Part shown: positions 30,699 to 39,602 of the stretch, in pieces | Numbering within the stretch: position 1 is the stretch's first letter | Layout of the letters: the number at the start of each line of letters is the position of its first letter | Origin: Planctomycetota bacterium | GTDB taxonomy: Bacteria; Planctomycetota; B15-G4 | NCBI GenBank assembly: GCA_038212275.1 | Contig: JBBQUR010000013.1 | Span: forward strand, 82,122-146,121 | Direction: 5' to 3' | Length of the DNA stretch: 64,000 bases | Translations under genes and position numbers: made by a program | Notes under the pieces: model-generated | What the model was told of the DNA's origin: nothing | The model's database searches: none | The model's input: the letters and a program-made list of their open reading frames with translations, nothing else

Positions 30699-31699
30699 GG
30701 CGTGCCCCGGCGTCCGGCCGGCGCGCGCGGACGACCGTCGTCGTCATCGTCGTCGCCCGCGTCGCCCTCGCCCCACGCCTCGAACTCGACCTTGTGCCGC
30801 GCCGCGGCGTGCTCGTGCCTGTGCGGCAGGCCGTCGCTGCGCATGAGCACGAGATAGGCGTCCTCGAGCGTGGCCGGCACGGCGGCAAAGCCGTCGGGCG
30901 GCGAACCCTCGGGCTGCCAGACGCGCACGTGGTTGCGCCCCTCGAAGAGGATCGCCTGCGTGACGAAGCGCGATTCGCGCAGCTTGAGCAGGTCTTCCTT
31001 GCGCACGTGCCCCTCGAAGATCGCGCCCTCGATGGAGGCGCGCGCCTCGGCGGGCGTGGTGCGCGCGACGAGCTTGCCACCGCGGATCACCGCGAAGTGC
31101 GGACACAGCACCGACACGTCCTCGACGATGTGCGTGGACAGCAGCACCGTGCGTTCCTCGGCGAGTTCCGCGAGCAGGCGGTAGAAGCGCAGGCGCTCCT
31201 CCGGGTCGAGACCCGCCGTGGGCTCGTCCACGATGATGAGGCGCGGATCGCCGGCGATGGCCTGCGCGATGCCGAGGCGCTGGCGCATGCCGCCGCTGTA
31301 GTCCTTCACCTTGCGCTTCGCCGCGAACGACAGGTTGACGCGCTCGAGCAACTCGCCCGCGAGCTCGGGCAGGGTGCCCGACGAGCGCACACCCTTGAGG
31401 CGCAGCAGATGCACGAGCATCGCCTCGCCCGTGAGGTGCGGATAGAAGCCGAACTCCTGCGGCAGGTAGCCGAGGCGGTTCCAGATGCGCTCGGGATCCG
31501 CGAGCAGGTCCTCGCCGTCCAGCGTGATCTGCCCGGACGTCGGCTCGAGCAGGCCCGCGAGAATGCGCATGAGCGTGGACTTGCCCGCGCCGTTGGGCCC
31601 GAGCAGGCCGAACATTCCGCGCGGCACGTCGAGCGAGATGCCCTGCAGCGCGGGCACGGGGCCCGGATACACCTTCACCAGTTCGCGGATCACCAGCAT
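30695..31699 (-). CDS. ABC transporter ATP-binding protein
   Basis: GPNGAGKST, YSGGMRQRLGIAQA, IIVDEPTAGLDP, LSTH. Confidence 0.95.
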   Translation of the reverse strand: MLVIRELVKVYPGPVPALQGISLDVPRGMFGLLGPNGAGKSTLMRILAGLLEPTSGQITLDGEDLLADPERIWNRLGYLPQEFGFYPHLTGEAMLVHLLRLKGVRSSGTLPELAGELLERVNLSFAAKRKVKDYSGGMRQRLGIAQAIAGDPRLIIVDEPTAGLDPEERLRFYRLLAELAEERTVLLSTHIVEDVSVLCPHFAVIRGGKLVARTTPAEARASIEGAIFEGHVRKEDLLKLRESRFVTQAILFEGRNHVRVWQPEGSPPDGFAAVPATLEDAYLVLMRSDGLPHRHEHAAARHKVEFEAWGEGDAGDDDDDDGRPRAPAGRRGTP

Positions 31700-31946
31700 G
31701 TCGGTCCTCGCTGCCTGCCTCGGTCGTCGCCCATCGTGCGCCGGAGCTGCTCGTCCCCGCGACCGGCAGTGTCGCTCACGCCGGGCGCCTCGCGCACGCC
31801 CCGCCATCGCGCGCTTCCGTCCGTCAGGAACGCGTCACAGGCCGAGCGACGGGCGTACTCGCGAGGCGCTGCCGGCGCGCCGCTCGCCCGCGGACGGACC
31901 TGTGGGCACACCCGCGAGCCGGCGCGCGGGAGACACGCACCGACGA

Positions 31947-31975
31947 TTGACCGCGGCAGCGCGCCGCCATAGCCT
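31947..31975 (+). promoter_or_regulatory. Putative sigma70-type promoter for the MoaD/BNR pair
   Basis: TTGACC-N17-TAGCCT, about 70 bp upstream of the GTG at 32046. Confidence 0.55.
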
Positions 31976-32045
31976 TCCGCGACGAACGGCGGACGGCGCG
32001 CGCGTGAATCGGCACGCGAGGCGACATCCCGACGGAGAGAGCCGC

Positions 32046-32315
32046 GTGGCGCGCGTCAGCTTCACAGCCAACCTGCAGAGACACGTGAGCTGTCCGCCCG
32101 GCGAGGCGCCCGGCGCCACCGTGCGCGAGGTGCTCGACGCGGTCTTTGCGGGCAATCCCCGCGCCCGCAGCTACGTGCTCGACGACCAGGGCGGCTTGCG
32201 ACACCACATGCTCATCTTCGTGGACAACGTGCGCCTCGCGGACCGCGTCGCGCTGAGCGACCCGGTGACCGTCCACAGCGAGATCCACGTGATGCAGGCC
32301 CTGTCCGGCGGTTGA
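32046..32315 (+). CDS. MoaD/ThiS family ubiquitin-like protein
   Basis: 89 aa beta-grasp pattern (GATVREVLD, YVLDDQG, IFVD) ending in ALSGG. GGAGAG Shine-Dalgarno before the GTG. Confidence 0.9.
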   Translation: MARVSFTANLQRHVSCPPGEAPGATVREVLDAVFAGNPRARSYVLDDQGGLRHHMLIFVDNVRLADRVALSDPVTVHSEIHVMQALSGG

Positions 32316-32415
32316 AGCCCGACGTCCCGCGCCGCGCTCTCCCCATCCCCGCACGTCATCACCTTCCCCTTCCCTTCCGACCCTCCACGCAACCCTCCCC
32401 GCAACCGTCCCCGGA

Positions 32416-33534
32416 GTGAGCATGACCGACCGCATCCTCGTCGCCAGCCGCAAGGGCCTCTTCACCATCCGCCGCGGACGCGAGAAGCGCTGGGCCGTGG
32501 ATCGCGCGGACTTCCTCGGGGATCACATCTCGCTCTGCCTGCACGACCCGCGCAGCGGCACGCTCTACGCGGCCTTCCAGCACGGACACTTCGGCGTGAA
32601 GCTGCACCGCTCCACCGACGGCGGCCAGACCTGGCACGAGGGCGCGAAGCCCGTCTACCCCGAGAAGCCCGCAGACGTGGTGGACAACGACCCGATGCGC
32701 GGCACGCCCATCCCGTGGAACGTCGAGCGCGTGTGGGAGCTGACGGCCGGCACCGCGCGCACGCCGGGGCTGCTCTGGCTGGGCACCATTCCCGGCGGCC
32801 TGTTCCGCTCGCGCGACGGCGGCGATTCCTGGGAACTCGTGCGCTCGCTCTGGGACATGCCCGAGCGCAAGCGCTGGGTGGGCGGCGGCGCCGACCTGCC
32901 GGGACTGCACAGCGTCTGCGTCGATCCGCGCGACGATGACCACGTCTTCGTCGGCGTCTCCTGCGGCGGCGTGTGGGAGACGACGGACGGCGCGCGCAGC
33001 TGGACCGTCCGCACCAAGGGCATGATCGCGCGCTACATGCCGCCCGAACTGCAGGGCGACGAGATCGTGCAGGACGACCACCGCCTCGCGATGTGCGCGG
33101 CGCGCCCCGAATCGATGTGGGTGCAGCACCACAACGGCATCTTCCGCACCACCGACGGCGCGCGGACCTGGGAGGAAGTGCGCACGGCGCAGCCCTCGTG
33201 CTTCGGCTTCCCGGTCGTCGTGCATCCGCGCGAGCCGGACACGGCGTGGTTCGTGCCGGCGCAGAAGGACGAGCAGCGCATGCCGCTGGACGGCCGGGTG
33301 CTCGTCAACCGCACGCGCGACGGGGGCAAGTCCTTCGAGCAGCTCCGCAAGGGCCTGCCGCAGCTGCACGCCTACGACCTGACCTACCGGCACGGCCTCG
33401 ACATCGACGCCAGCGGCGACTGCCTCGCCTTCGGCACGACCACCGGCAGCCTCTACGTCAGCAACAACGGCGGCGACCTCTGGCAGTGCGTCGCCGAGCA
33501 CCTCCCGCCGATCGACTGCGTGCGCTTCGCCTGA
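32416..33534 (+). CDS. BNR/Asp-box beta-propeller protein (often annotated exo-alpha-sialidase-like)
   Basis: Six Asp-boxes: RSTDGGQTW, RSRDGGDSW, ETTDGARSW, RTTDGARTW, RTRDGGKSF, VSNNGGDLW. No signal peptide. Confidence 0.9.
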   Translation: MSMTDRILVASRKGLFTIRRGREKRWAVDRADFLGDHISLCLHDPRSGTLYAAFQHGHFGVKLHRSTDGGQTWHEGAKPVYPEKPADVVDNDPMRGTPIPWNVERVWELTAGTARTPGLLWLGTIPGGLFRSRDGGDSWELVRSLWDMPERKRWVGGGADLPGLHSVCVDPRDDDHVFVGVSCGGVWETTDGARSWTVRTKGMIARYMPPELQGDEIVQDDHRLAMCAARPESMWVQHHNGIFRTTDGARTWEEVRTAQPSCFGFPVVVHPREPDTAWFVPAQKDEQRMPLDGRVLVNRTRDGGKSFEQLRKGLPQLHAYDLTYRHGLDIDASGDCLAFGTTTGSLYVSNNGGDLWQCVAEHLPPIDCVRFA

Positions 33535-33612
33535 GGCGAGCCGCGCGCGGCGCATCTCCGCGCCACGGCGGCACTGCGCGCGACAGCCGCACCTCGCGCG
33601 GCGCCGCTGCAC

Positions 33613-34911
33613 TCACGGCACGTTGACGACGATCGGCTCGTCCCCGGGCTTCAGGTCGAGCGAGACGATGGATGCCGGCTTGCGGAAGCCGTTGCCGATC
33701 TGCACCTGGTAGGTGCCGGGAAGCACGTGCGAGAGCTCGACGACTCCGTTCTCGCAAAAGGCCCCGATACGACACGGCTGCGGGAACGCGGCGCTCGCCT
33801 CGACTCCGAGCTTCAGCGACGTCGAGGCGAAAGGCGCCCCGTGCTGGTCGACCAGGTGCACCGTGAAGTCGGGGCACGTCTTCAGCACCAGCGCGACCTC
33901 CGCCGGTCCGACAGCGTCGAGCGTGAAGGCCGTGATCGCGGACGCGCCGCGTCCCTGCGACGCCTGAACGAGATAGGTTCCCAGCTTGAGCGGGCGCTCG
34001 ATCTCGGCCGCGTCCCCGTCCCACTCGGTGCTGCCACCCGCCCCGTCCCATACCGAGAAGCTCAGCGCCTCGTTGCCGCCGAGGTCGAGCAGTGTCGTGC
34101 CATCGGGCTCGAACGCGCGCAGCGTGACCGTGCGCTGCGACAGGATCGGAATCTCCACGCCATCCTGCCAATGCTCGAAGCCGATGAGAATGCCGCTGAA
34201 CTGCGCGCTGATTCCGGGACTGTCCTCGAGATCGAGCGTGAAGCTCGCCACTTCGATGAGGTCGTGGGGGGACACATCGAGCGAGCCGAAGTCGAACCGG
34301 CCGTCGGCATCCGGCACGACGCTGTACGCCGGCTGGGCCTGCTTATACGACGAGTCGAAGGTGATCGCGACGGTGCCTTCCCCCGCCTGCGTGTGAATCG
34401 GCCCGGTTCGAGTGACCCTCACTTCGTAGGCAAAGCGATCCGGTGCGAAGACTCCGGTGATCCGACCGTGCAACGGAGTGGCGGTCGTGCAGCCGAGCGG
34501 AAGCCCGATGTCGAGGCGCTCGGTGTTTCCTTTCGATGCCGTCCCGAACTGTCGCACGAGCCGGCTGAGCGCCACGCCCTCCGGCGCCGCGCCGCCACTG
34601 ACCGGCCGCGCGAGTTGCTGCATCTCGTCATCCGTGCGCGGCGTGGTGCTGGCAACGGCCGTCACGATCCACGTGCCGTCGTCGAGGCCGGGGAGCGCCC
34701 AGCGCCCTTCCGCATCGGACCGCGCCGACTTGGCCGGCGCTCCCTCGAAGTCCTTAGCCGTCAGCGCACCGTGCTCGGTGCGGCGCGCCTCGAGCCACGC
34801 GCCGGCGATCGGCTGGTCCTTCGCGTCGCGCACGACACCGGCGAGGCGGGACTCCGCATTCGGCGCGGACAGCACGCCAGCCAGCAACAAGGCACACGTC
34901 GCGATGAACAT
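33613..34911 (-). CDS. Exported protein with carboxypeptidase-regulatory-like (Ig-like) domains
   Basis: Signal peptide MFIATCALLLAGVLSA, GVVRDAKDQPIAGA, SDAEGRWALPGLDDGTW, PDADGRFDF. Confidence 0.75.
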   Translation of the reverse strand: MFIATCALLLAGVLSAPNAESRLAGVVRDAKDQPIAGAWLEARRTEHGALTAKDFEGAPAKSARSDAEGRWALPGLDDGTWIVTAVASTTPRTDDEMQQLARPVSGGAAPEGVALSRLVRQFGTASKGNTERLDIGLPLGCTTATPLHGRITGVFAPDRFAYEVRVTRTGPIHTQAGEGTVAITFDSSYKQAQPAYSVVPDADGRFDFGSLDVSPHDLIEVASFTLDLEDSPGISAQFSGILIGFEHWQDGVEIPILSQRTVTLRAFEPDGTTLLDLGGNEALSFSVWDGAGGSTEWDGDAAEIERPLKLGTYLVQASQGRGASAITAFTLDAVGPAEVALVLKTCPDFTVHLVDQHGAPFASTSLKLGVEASAAFPQPCRIGAFCENGVVELSHVLPGTYQVQIGNGFRKPASIVSLDLKPGDEPIVVNVP

Positions 34912-35191
34912 GCTTGCTCCTCCGCGCCTCGCGGCGCCCTTCCTCGTCGCGCAGTCTGCAGCGGCACCGCCCGCCCGGCCCTCGCGCGCAACCTCGCCGG
35001 AGGATATGCGACACCGCTCGGACATGCACCTGCGCCGCAACAGGCTCCCGCCGGACAGACAACCCCGCGAAGCGGTCCACGCCCCCACCGCCCGTCAACG
35101 CCGCGTCGGCGCCGCGTCATCGCCAGTCAGCGGACATCAGCGCCGCGTCTCCTCCGCGCCGCCACCCTTTCAGCGCCCAGTCAGCGCCGCG

Positions 35192-35806
35192 TCATCGCCC
35201 CGCGCCGACGAGCATCGCCTGGCTGAGCGCCTGGGACTTGCCGGCTCCGCAGAGTTCGGCGACGAGGCGCAGGGCGAAGGAGAGCGAGGTGCCGGGGCCG
35301 CGGCTCGTGACGATGTTGCCGTCCACGACGACGCATTCCTCGGAGTAGGTCGCGCCGACGAGCTGGTCGCCGAAGCCCGGGTAGCTGGTCGCGCGCCGGC
35401 CTGCAAGCACGCCGGCCGCAGCCAGCGCGATGGGCGCCGCGCAGATCGCGCCGAGCATGCCGCCGCGCGCGTGCTGCTCCTTGATGAGCGCCTGCACGCC
35501 CTTGCTGTCGCGCAGGTTCGTCGCGCCAGGCAGCCCGCCGGGCAGCACGACGAGATCCCAGCGCCGCCCGCCGATGGCCGCCAGCGCGAGGTCGGCGTGC
35601 ACCACGATGCCGTGCGCGCCGCACACCTCCGTGCCGCCGACGCCGACCGAGGCCACGTCGAGTTCCGCGCGCCGCAGCACGTCGAGAATCGTGATGGCCT
35701 CGATTTCCTCGAAGCCGTTGGCCAGGAGCACGCACACGGTCTTGGCAGCAATCGTCGGAGCAGGCATGGGAATCTTCCGTGAAGCGGGCGTCGGTGATTC
35801 AGGCAT
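35192..35806 (-). CDS. DJ-1/PfpI (YajL/ThiJ) family protein
   Basis: LANGFEEIEA, DVLRRA, LPGGLPGA, AICAAP, TSRGPGT. Alternative start at 35767. Confidence 0.93.
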   Translation of the reverse strand: MPESPTPASRKIPMPAPTIAAKTVCVLLANGFEEIEAITILDVLRRAELDVASVGVGGTEVCGAHGIVVHADLALAAIGGRRWDLVVLPGGLPGATNLRDSKGVQALIKEQHARGGMLGAICAAPIALAAAGVLAGRRATSYPGFGDQLVGATYSEECVVVDGNIVTSRGPGTSLSFALRLVAELCGAGKSQALSQAMLVGAGR

Positions 35807-35812
35807 CGGTGA

Positions 35813-36409
35813 TCAGGCGGCGGGAGGCATGGAGGCGGGCGTCGACGCCGGCTGCGCCTGCGGGAGGCGGTTGGCATAGCTGCGATACAACCAGGTGCCG
35901 ACGAAACCCGTGACGAGCCACGCCGCGCCGAGCCCGAGCAGCAGCGCCGGGGACACGTCGGCGACGGCCTTCATCACGTCGGTCCAGTCCTTGCGGATCA
36001 CCTGCAGGCCCGCGAGATAGAGGAGGTAGGCGCCGAGGCCGGCCCACACGCGCATCATCCAGAGCAGCGCCGGGCGCCGCGGCCGCATCAGCCGCAGCAT
36101 GACGAGCAGCAGCACGTACGGGATCGCGATGGCCATCAGCACCCCGAGCGAGAACTTGCTCCGCACAAGCATGAGCACCGCAAGCACGACGAGCCAGATG
36201 AGCGAGCCGACGCCTCCACCCCACAGATTGCCGCGGCTGGTGCCGTGCTTGCGCAAGTACGGGTCCTGCGACTCCCAGCGGAACTCGCGCGTGAAGGCCA
36301 CATTGCGCGCCACCGCACCACAGGCGGCGCACGCGAAGGAGGCGCCTTCCTTGAGGCCCTCCGGCAGCGCCAGCGCACGTCCGCAGCACGAGCAGTCGAT
36401 CACCAGCAT
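35813..36409 (-). CDS. Hypothetical membrane protein with an N-terminal Zn ribbon
   Basis: MLVIDCSCCG...FACAACG followed by four TM helices. Confidence 0.7.
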   Translation of the reverse strand: MLVIDCSCCGRALALPEGLKEGASFACAACGAVARNVAFTREFRWESQDPYLRKHGTSRGNLWGGGVGSLIWLVVLAVLMLVRSKFSLGVLMAIAIPYVLLLVMLRLMRPRRPALLWMMRVWAGLGAYLLYLAGLQVIRKDWTDVMKAVADVSPALLLGLGAAWLVTGFVGTWLYRSYANRLPQAQPASTPASMPPAA

Positions 36410-36563
36410 GAATCCGTCGCTCCGGGAGTTGCCCGCCGAGCGCCTCGGCCCGGCCGTCTCCGCACGGCCGCACCCGCCCGGTGACGCACGCATCGTAGGA
36501 GTCGCGGGCCGCGCGCGCGAGCAGCTGCCGGGCGCGGCGTGTGGTATCTGTGCCACGCAACCC

Positions 36564-37601
36564 ATGCCGCGCGCCGTGAGCAATCCCCCGAATCCTTGGC
36601 TTTCCGAGCACGTCGAACTGCTCGGCGAGGCGCCGCCGGCTCCGTTGCAGGTCTTCGAGGAGACCGCGCGCAGCATCGTCTCGAGCAACGACAGCCCCGA
36701 CGTGCCCTTCCGCTGGAGCGTCAATCCCTACCGCGGCTGCTTCCACGCCTGCGCCTATTGCTATGCGCGGCCGACGCACCAGTACCTCGGCTGGGGCGCG
36801 GGCACCGACTTCGACCGGCGCATCGTGGTCAAGCGCAACGCGCCCGAGCTGCTGCGCGCGCGTTTCCTGAGCAAGGGCTGGCGCGGCGAGCCGGTCGTCT
36901 TCAGCGGCGTGACCGACTGCTATCAGCCGCTCGAAGCCAGCTACGCCCTCACGCGCCGCTGCCTGCAGGTCTGCCGCGACTTCCGCAACCCCGTCGAGAT
37001 CCTCACCAAGGGAGCGCTCGTGCGGCGCGACATCGACGTGCTCGCGGAGCTGGCGGCCGTGGCCGACGTGCGCGTCTTCCTCTCGATTCCCTTCGCGGAC
37101 GAAGCGCTGTCGCGGGCGCTGGAACCCTTCGCGAGTCCGCCCGGCATGCGGATCGCGACGCTGGCGCTGCTCACGGAGGCCGGCGTGCGCACCGGTGTGC
37201 TCGTGGCGCCGATCATTCCGGGACTGTCGGACAGCCAGATCCCGGAGATCCTCCAGCGAGCCGCGGACGCGGGCGCGACGCGCGCGGGCCGCGTGCTGCT
37301 GCGCCTGCCGGCCGAGGTGCGGCCGGTGTTCGAGGAGCGCCTGCGCGAGGCGCTCCCGCTGCGCGCCGACAAGGTGCTGCACGCGCTGGCGGAGCTGCAC
37401 GGCGGCCAGCTCTACGATCCCCGCTTCGGCAAGCGCATGGGAGGAGCCGGCCCGCGCTGGGCAGCCATCGACGCGCTCTTCCTCGCGCAGTGCCGGCGCC
37501 TGCACCTCGCCGTCCGCGACGAGAGCGCCACCGGGCTCCCCGACGTGGACAGTGCCCGCTCCACCTTCCGGCGCCCGGGCGAAACCGGCTTGCTCTTCTG
37601 A
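36564..37601 (+). CDS. PA0069/Rv2578c family radical SAM protein
   Basis: NDSPDVPFRWSVNPYRGCFHACAYCYARPTH, TDCYQPLE, ILTKG, APIIPGL. Confidence 0.93.
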   Translation: MPRAVSNPPNPWLSEHVELLGEAPPAPLQVFEETARSIVSSNDSPDVPFRWSVNPYRGCFHACAYCYARPTHQYLGWGAGTDFDRRIVVKRNAPELLRARFLSKGWRGEPVVFSGVTDCYQPLEASYALTRRCLQVCRDFRNPVEILTKGALVRRDIDVLAELAAVADVRVFLSIPFADEALSRALEPFASPPGMRIATLALLTEAGVRTGVLVAPIIPGLSDSQIPEILQRAADAGATRAGRVLLRLPAEVRPVFEERLREALPLRADKVLHALAELHGGQLYDPRFGKRMGGAGPRWAAIDALFLAQCRRLHLAVRDESATGLPDVDSARSTFRRPGETGLLF

Positions 37602-37639
37602 ACCGGGCAGGACAGCACGGCGCGGGCCGCGAAGGCTGC

Positions 37640-37687
37640 GGCCGAGTGGCCGAGTGGCCGAGTGGCCGAGTGGCCGAGTGGCCGAGT
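37640..37687. repeat. Intergenic 6 x 8-bp perfect tandem repeat (GGCCGAGT)
   Basis: Read directly from the sequence. Confidence 0.95.
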
Positions 37688-37775
37688 GCGTGCCGTCGGA
37701 GATTAAGATCCGCGGACCGACCGCGTGTGGGTCGTCGGCGCGAAGTGCGCCGCCAGCTCACCCCCGGAGATTGCC

Positions 37776-39602
37776 ATGGCCACTGCCTTGATGTTCCCGC
37801 ACCGTCGCGCCGTGACGCCGCTCCTGCGACGAAGCCCCGCTCGAATCGGCGCGTGCCTGCTCGCCGCCGTCGCGGGTCTCGCAGCCGCCGGGGATGCGCG
37901 TGCCCTCGGCCCGGAAGCGGCCGTCCGCACACTGCAGCCCGCCGGCCAGCAGGCGGCCGTCGTGCAACCGGCGCCACCTGCCGCCGAGACGAAGGTGTCC
38001 ACACGCATCGACTCGGTGACGGTCTACGGAAGCGGCGCGCGCGTCACGCGGCTGGGCGCCGTCACGGGCAGCGGCAGCTACGTCATTGCGGGGCTTCCGG
38101 TCGCGCTGGACGCCGACAGCCTGCGCGTGCGGCTTTCGACGGGGCATGTCGTCAGCGTCGAGACGCTGGCGCGCGTGCAGGCCGTCGTGCCCGACGCGCG
38201 CGTCCAGGAACTGCGCGACGCGTTGGCGGCACTGCAGGACAAGCAGCGCGCGCTCAACGACGAGCGCGACGTCGCCAACGCGCTCAAGCGCCACCTGCTC
38301 GAACTCACCGAGACGGAGAAAGATGCACATGCGGGCGACGTCGCCGGCGGCCGCCCGTCGGTGGAGGCCTGGCGCGCGAGCCTGGTCTTCGTGGGCACGG
38401 AGCTCTCGCGCGTCCTCGAGGCCCTGCGCGCCGTGGATGGCAAGCTGACCGCGCTCGAAGCGCAGCTGGCCGATGCGAAGGCCGCGCTGGGCGAGGCCGA
38501 GACACACCGCAGCGTGCGGCTCACCGACGTGCACCTCGACGTGGTGGCCGACGGCCCGGCCCAGCTGCAGCTGGAATACCTTCTCGGCGACGCCGGCTGG
38601 GAACCGCTCTACGACCTGCGCACTGCGGGTGACGGCAGCTCGGTGATGCTGCAGTATCGCGCGCGCATCCATCAGCTCACCGGCGAAGACTGGACCGACG
38701 CTTCGCTCGCGCTCTCCACCGCGCAGCCGCAGCGCGGCGCGCAGGGGCCCGAGCCGCGCCCGGTCACCGTGTCCGTGTTCGAGGCGAGCGGCAGCGGCGC
38801 GCCCAGCTTCAGAGTCATGTCCGCCGACGATGCCGAAGCGCTGGGCTCGCTGCAGGCGCTGGGATACATGGATGCTGCCACCGCTGACGCCAGCAACGCG
38901 GCCCCGTCGCCCTTCGCGGCCGTCATCGCGCAGGGACTCTCGGTGCAGTTCCGGCTGCCGCGTGCGGAGACGATCCTCTCGCGCGAGCAGCCCACCACCG
39001 TGCTCGTCGGCGAGCAGGACGTGGCCGTCTCCACCGAGCACTACGTCACGCCGGCGCTCGACACGACGGTGTGGTTGCGCGGCCGCGCGAAGAACGCCAC
39101 GCCGTGGACGCTGCTGCCCGGCGACGCGGCGGTGTATTTCGGCAACGACTTCATCGGCCACGCGCGCTTCGACAAGCCCGTGCTGCCCGATCAGGAGTTC
39201 ACGCTGCACCTCGGCGCGGATCCGGGCGTGCTGGTCACGCGCGAGCAGACGGAGGACCTGCACGAGGAGCCGGGCTTCCTCGGCAGGCGCCAGACGCAGA
39301 AGGAAGGCTGGCGCATCACGCTCGAGAACCTCGGCGCCGTGGCCGCTGCAGCGGACGGCACGGTGGCGGTCATCGTGCGCGAGGCCTTTCCCAAGGCCAC
39401 GGACCAGCGCATCGAGGTCGAGATCACCGACGAATCCGTGCCACCCAGCCGCGACGAACGCTGGCTCAAGGAACTGGACGAGCAGGGCGTGCACACCTGG
39501 CTCGTGAAGGTGCCGCGCGGCGGAAAGTCGGCAGTCGCCTGGCACGTCAAACTCATCTGGCCCGAGGATCTCAGGATGTCGAGGCAGAGCCGCCGCCCGT
39601 GA
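37776..39602 (+). CDS. DUF4140/DUF4139 (MuiA-like) exported protein
   Basis: RIDSVTVYGSGARVTR, coiled coil, YLLGDAGWEPLYDLR, QLTGEDW, LSTAQP, LLPG. GGAG before the ATG. Confidence 0.88.
   Translation: MATALMFPHRRAVTPLLRRSPARIGACLLAAVAGLAAAGDARALGPEAAVRTLQPAGQQAAVVQPAPPAAETKVSTRIDSVTVYGSGARVTRLGAVTGSGSYVIAGLPVALDADSLRVRLSTGHVVSVETLARVQAVVPDARVQELRDALAALQDKQRALNDERDVANALKRHLLELTETEKDAHAGDVAGGRPSVEAWRASLVFVGTELSRVLEALRAVDGKLTALEAQLADAKAALGEAETHRSVRLTDVHLDVVADGPAQLQLEYLLGDAGWEPLYDLRTAGDGSSVMLQYRARIHQLTGEDWTDASLALSTAQPQRGAQGPEPRPVTVSVFEASGSGAPSFRVMSADDAEALGSLQALGYMDAATADASNAAPSPFAAVIAQGLSVQFRLPRAETILSREQPTTVLVGEQDVAVSTEHYVTPALDTTVWLRGRAKNATPWTLLPGDAAVYFGNDFIGHARFDKPVLPDQEFTLHLGADPGVLVTREQTEDLHEEPGFLGRRQTQKEGWRITLENLGAVAAAADGTVAVIVREAFPKATDQRIEVEITDESVPPSRDERWLKELDEQGVHTWLVKVPRGGKSAVAWHVKLIWPEDLRMSRQSRRP

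Noticed and set aside
32316..32415. C-rich pyrimidine tract between the Ubl and BNR genes
   Set aside because: Low complexity with no consistent period or stem, so no function can be inferred.
35095..35200. Short CGCCGCGTC repeats near the DJ-1 stop
   Set aside because: Irregular, short and expected at this GC content.
36564..37601. Radical SAM gene as a RiPP maturase
   Set aside because: Its motifs match the stand-alone PA0069 family; there is no SPASM domain or precursor peptide nearby.
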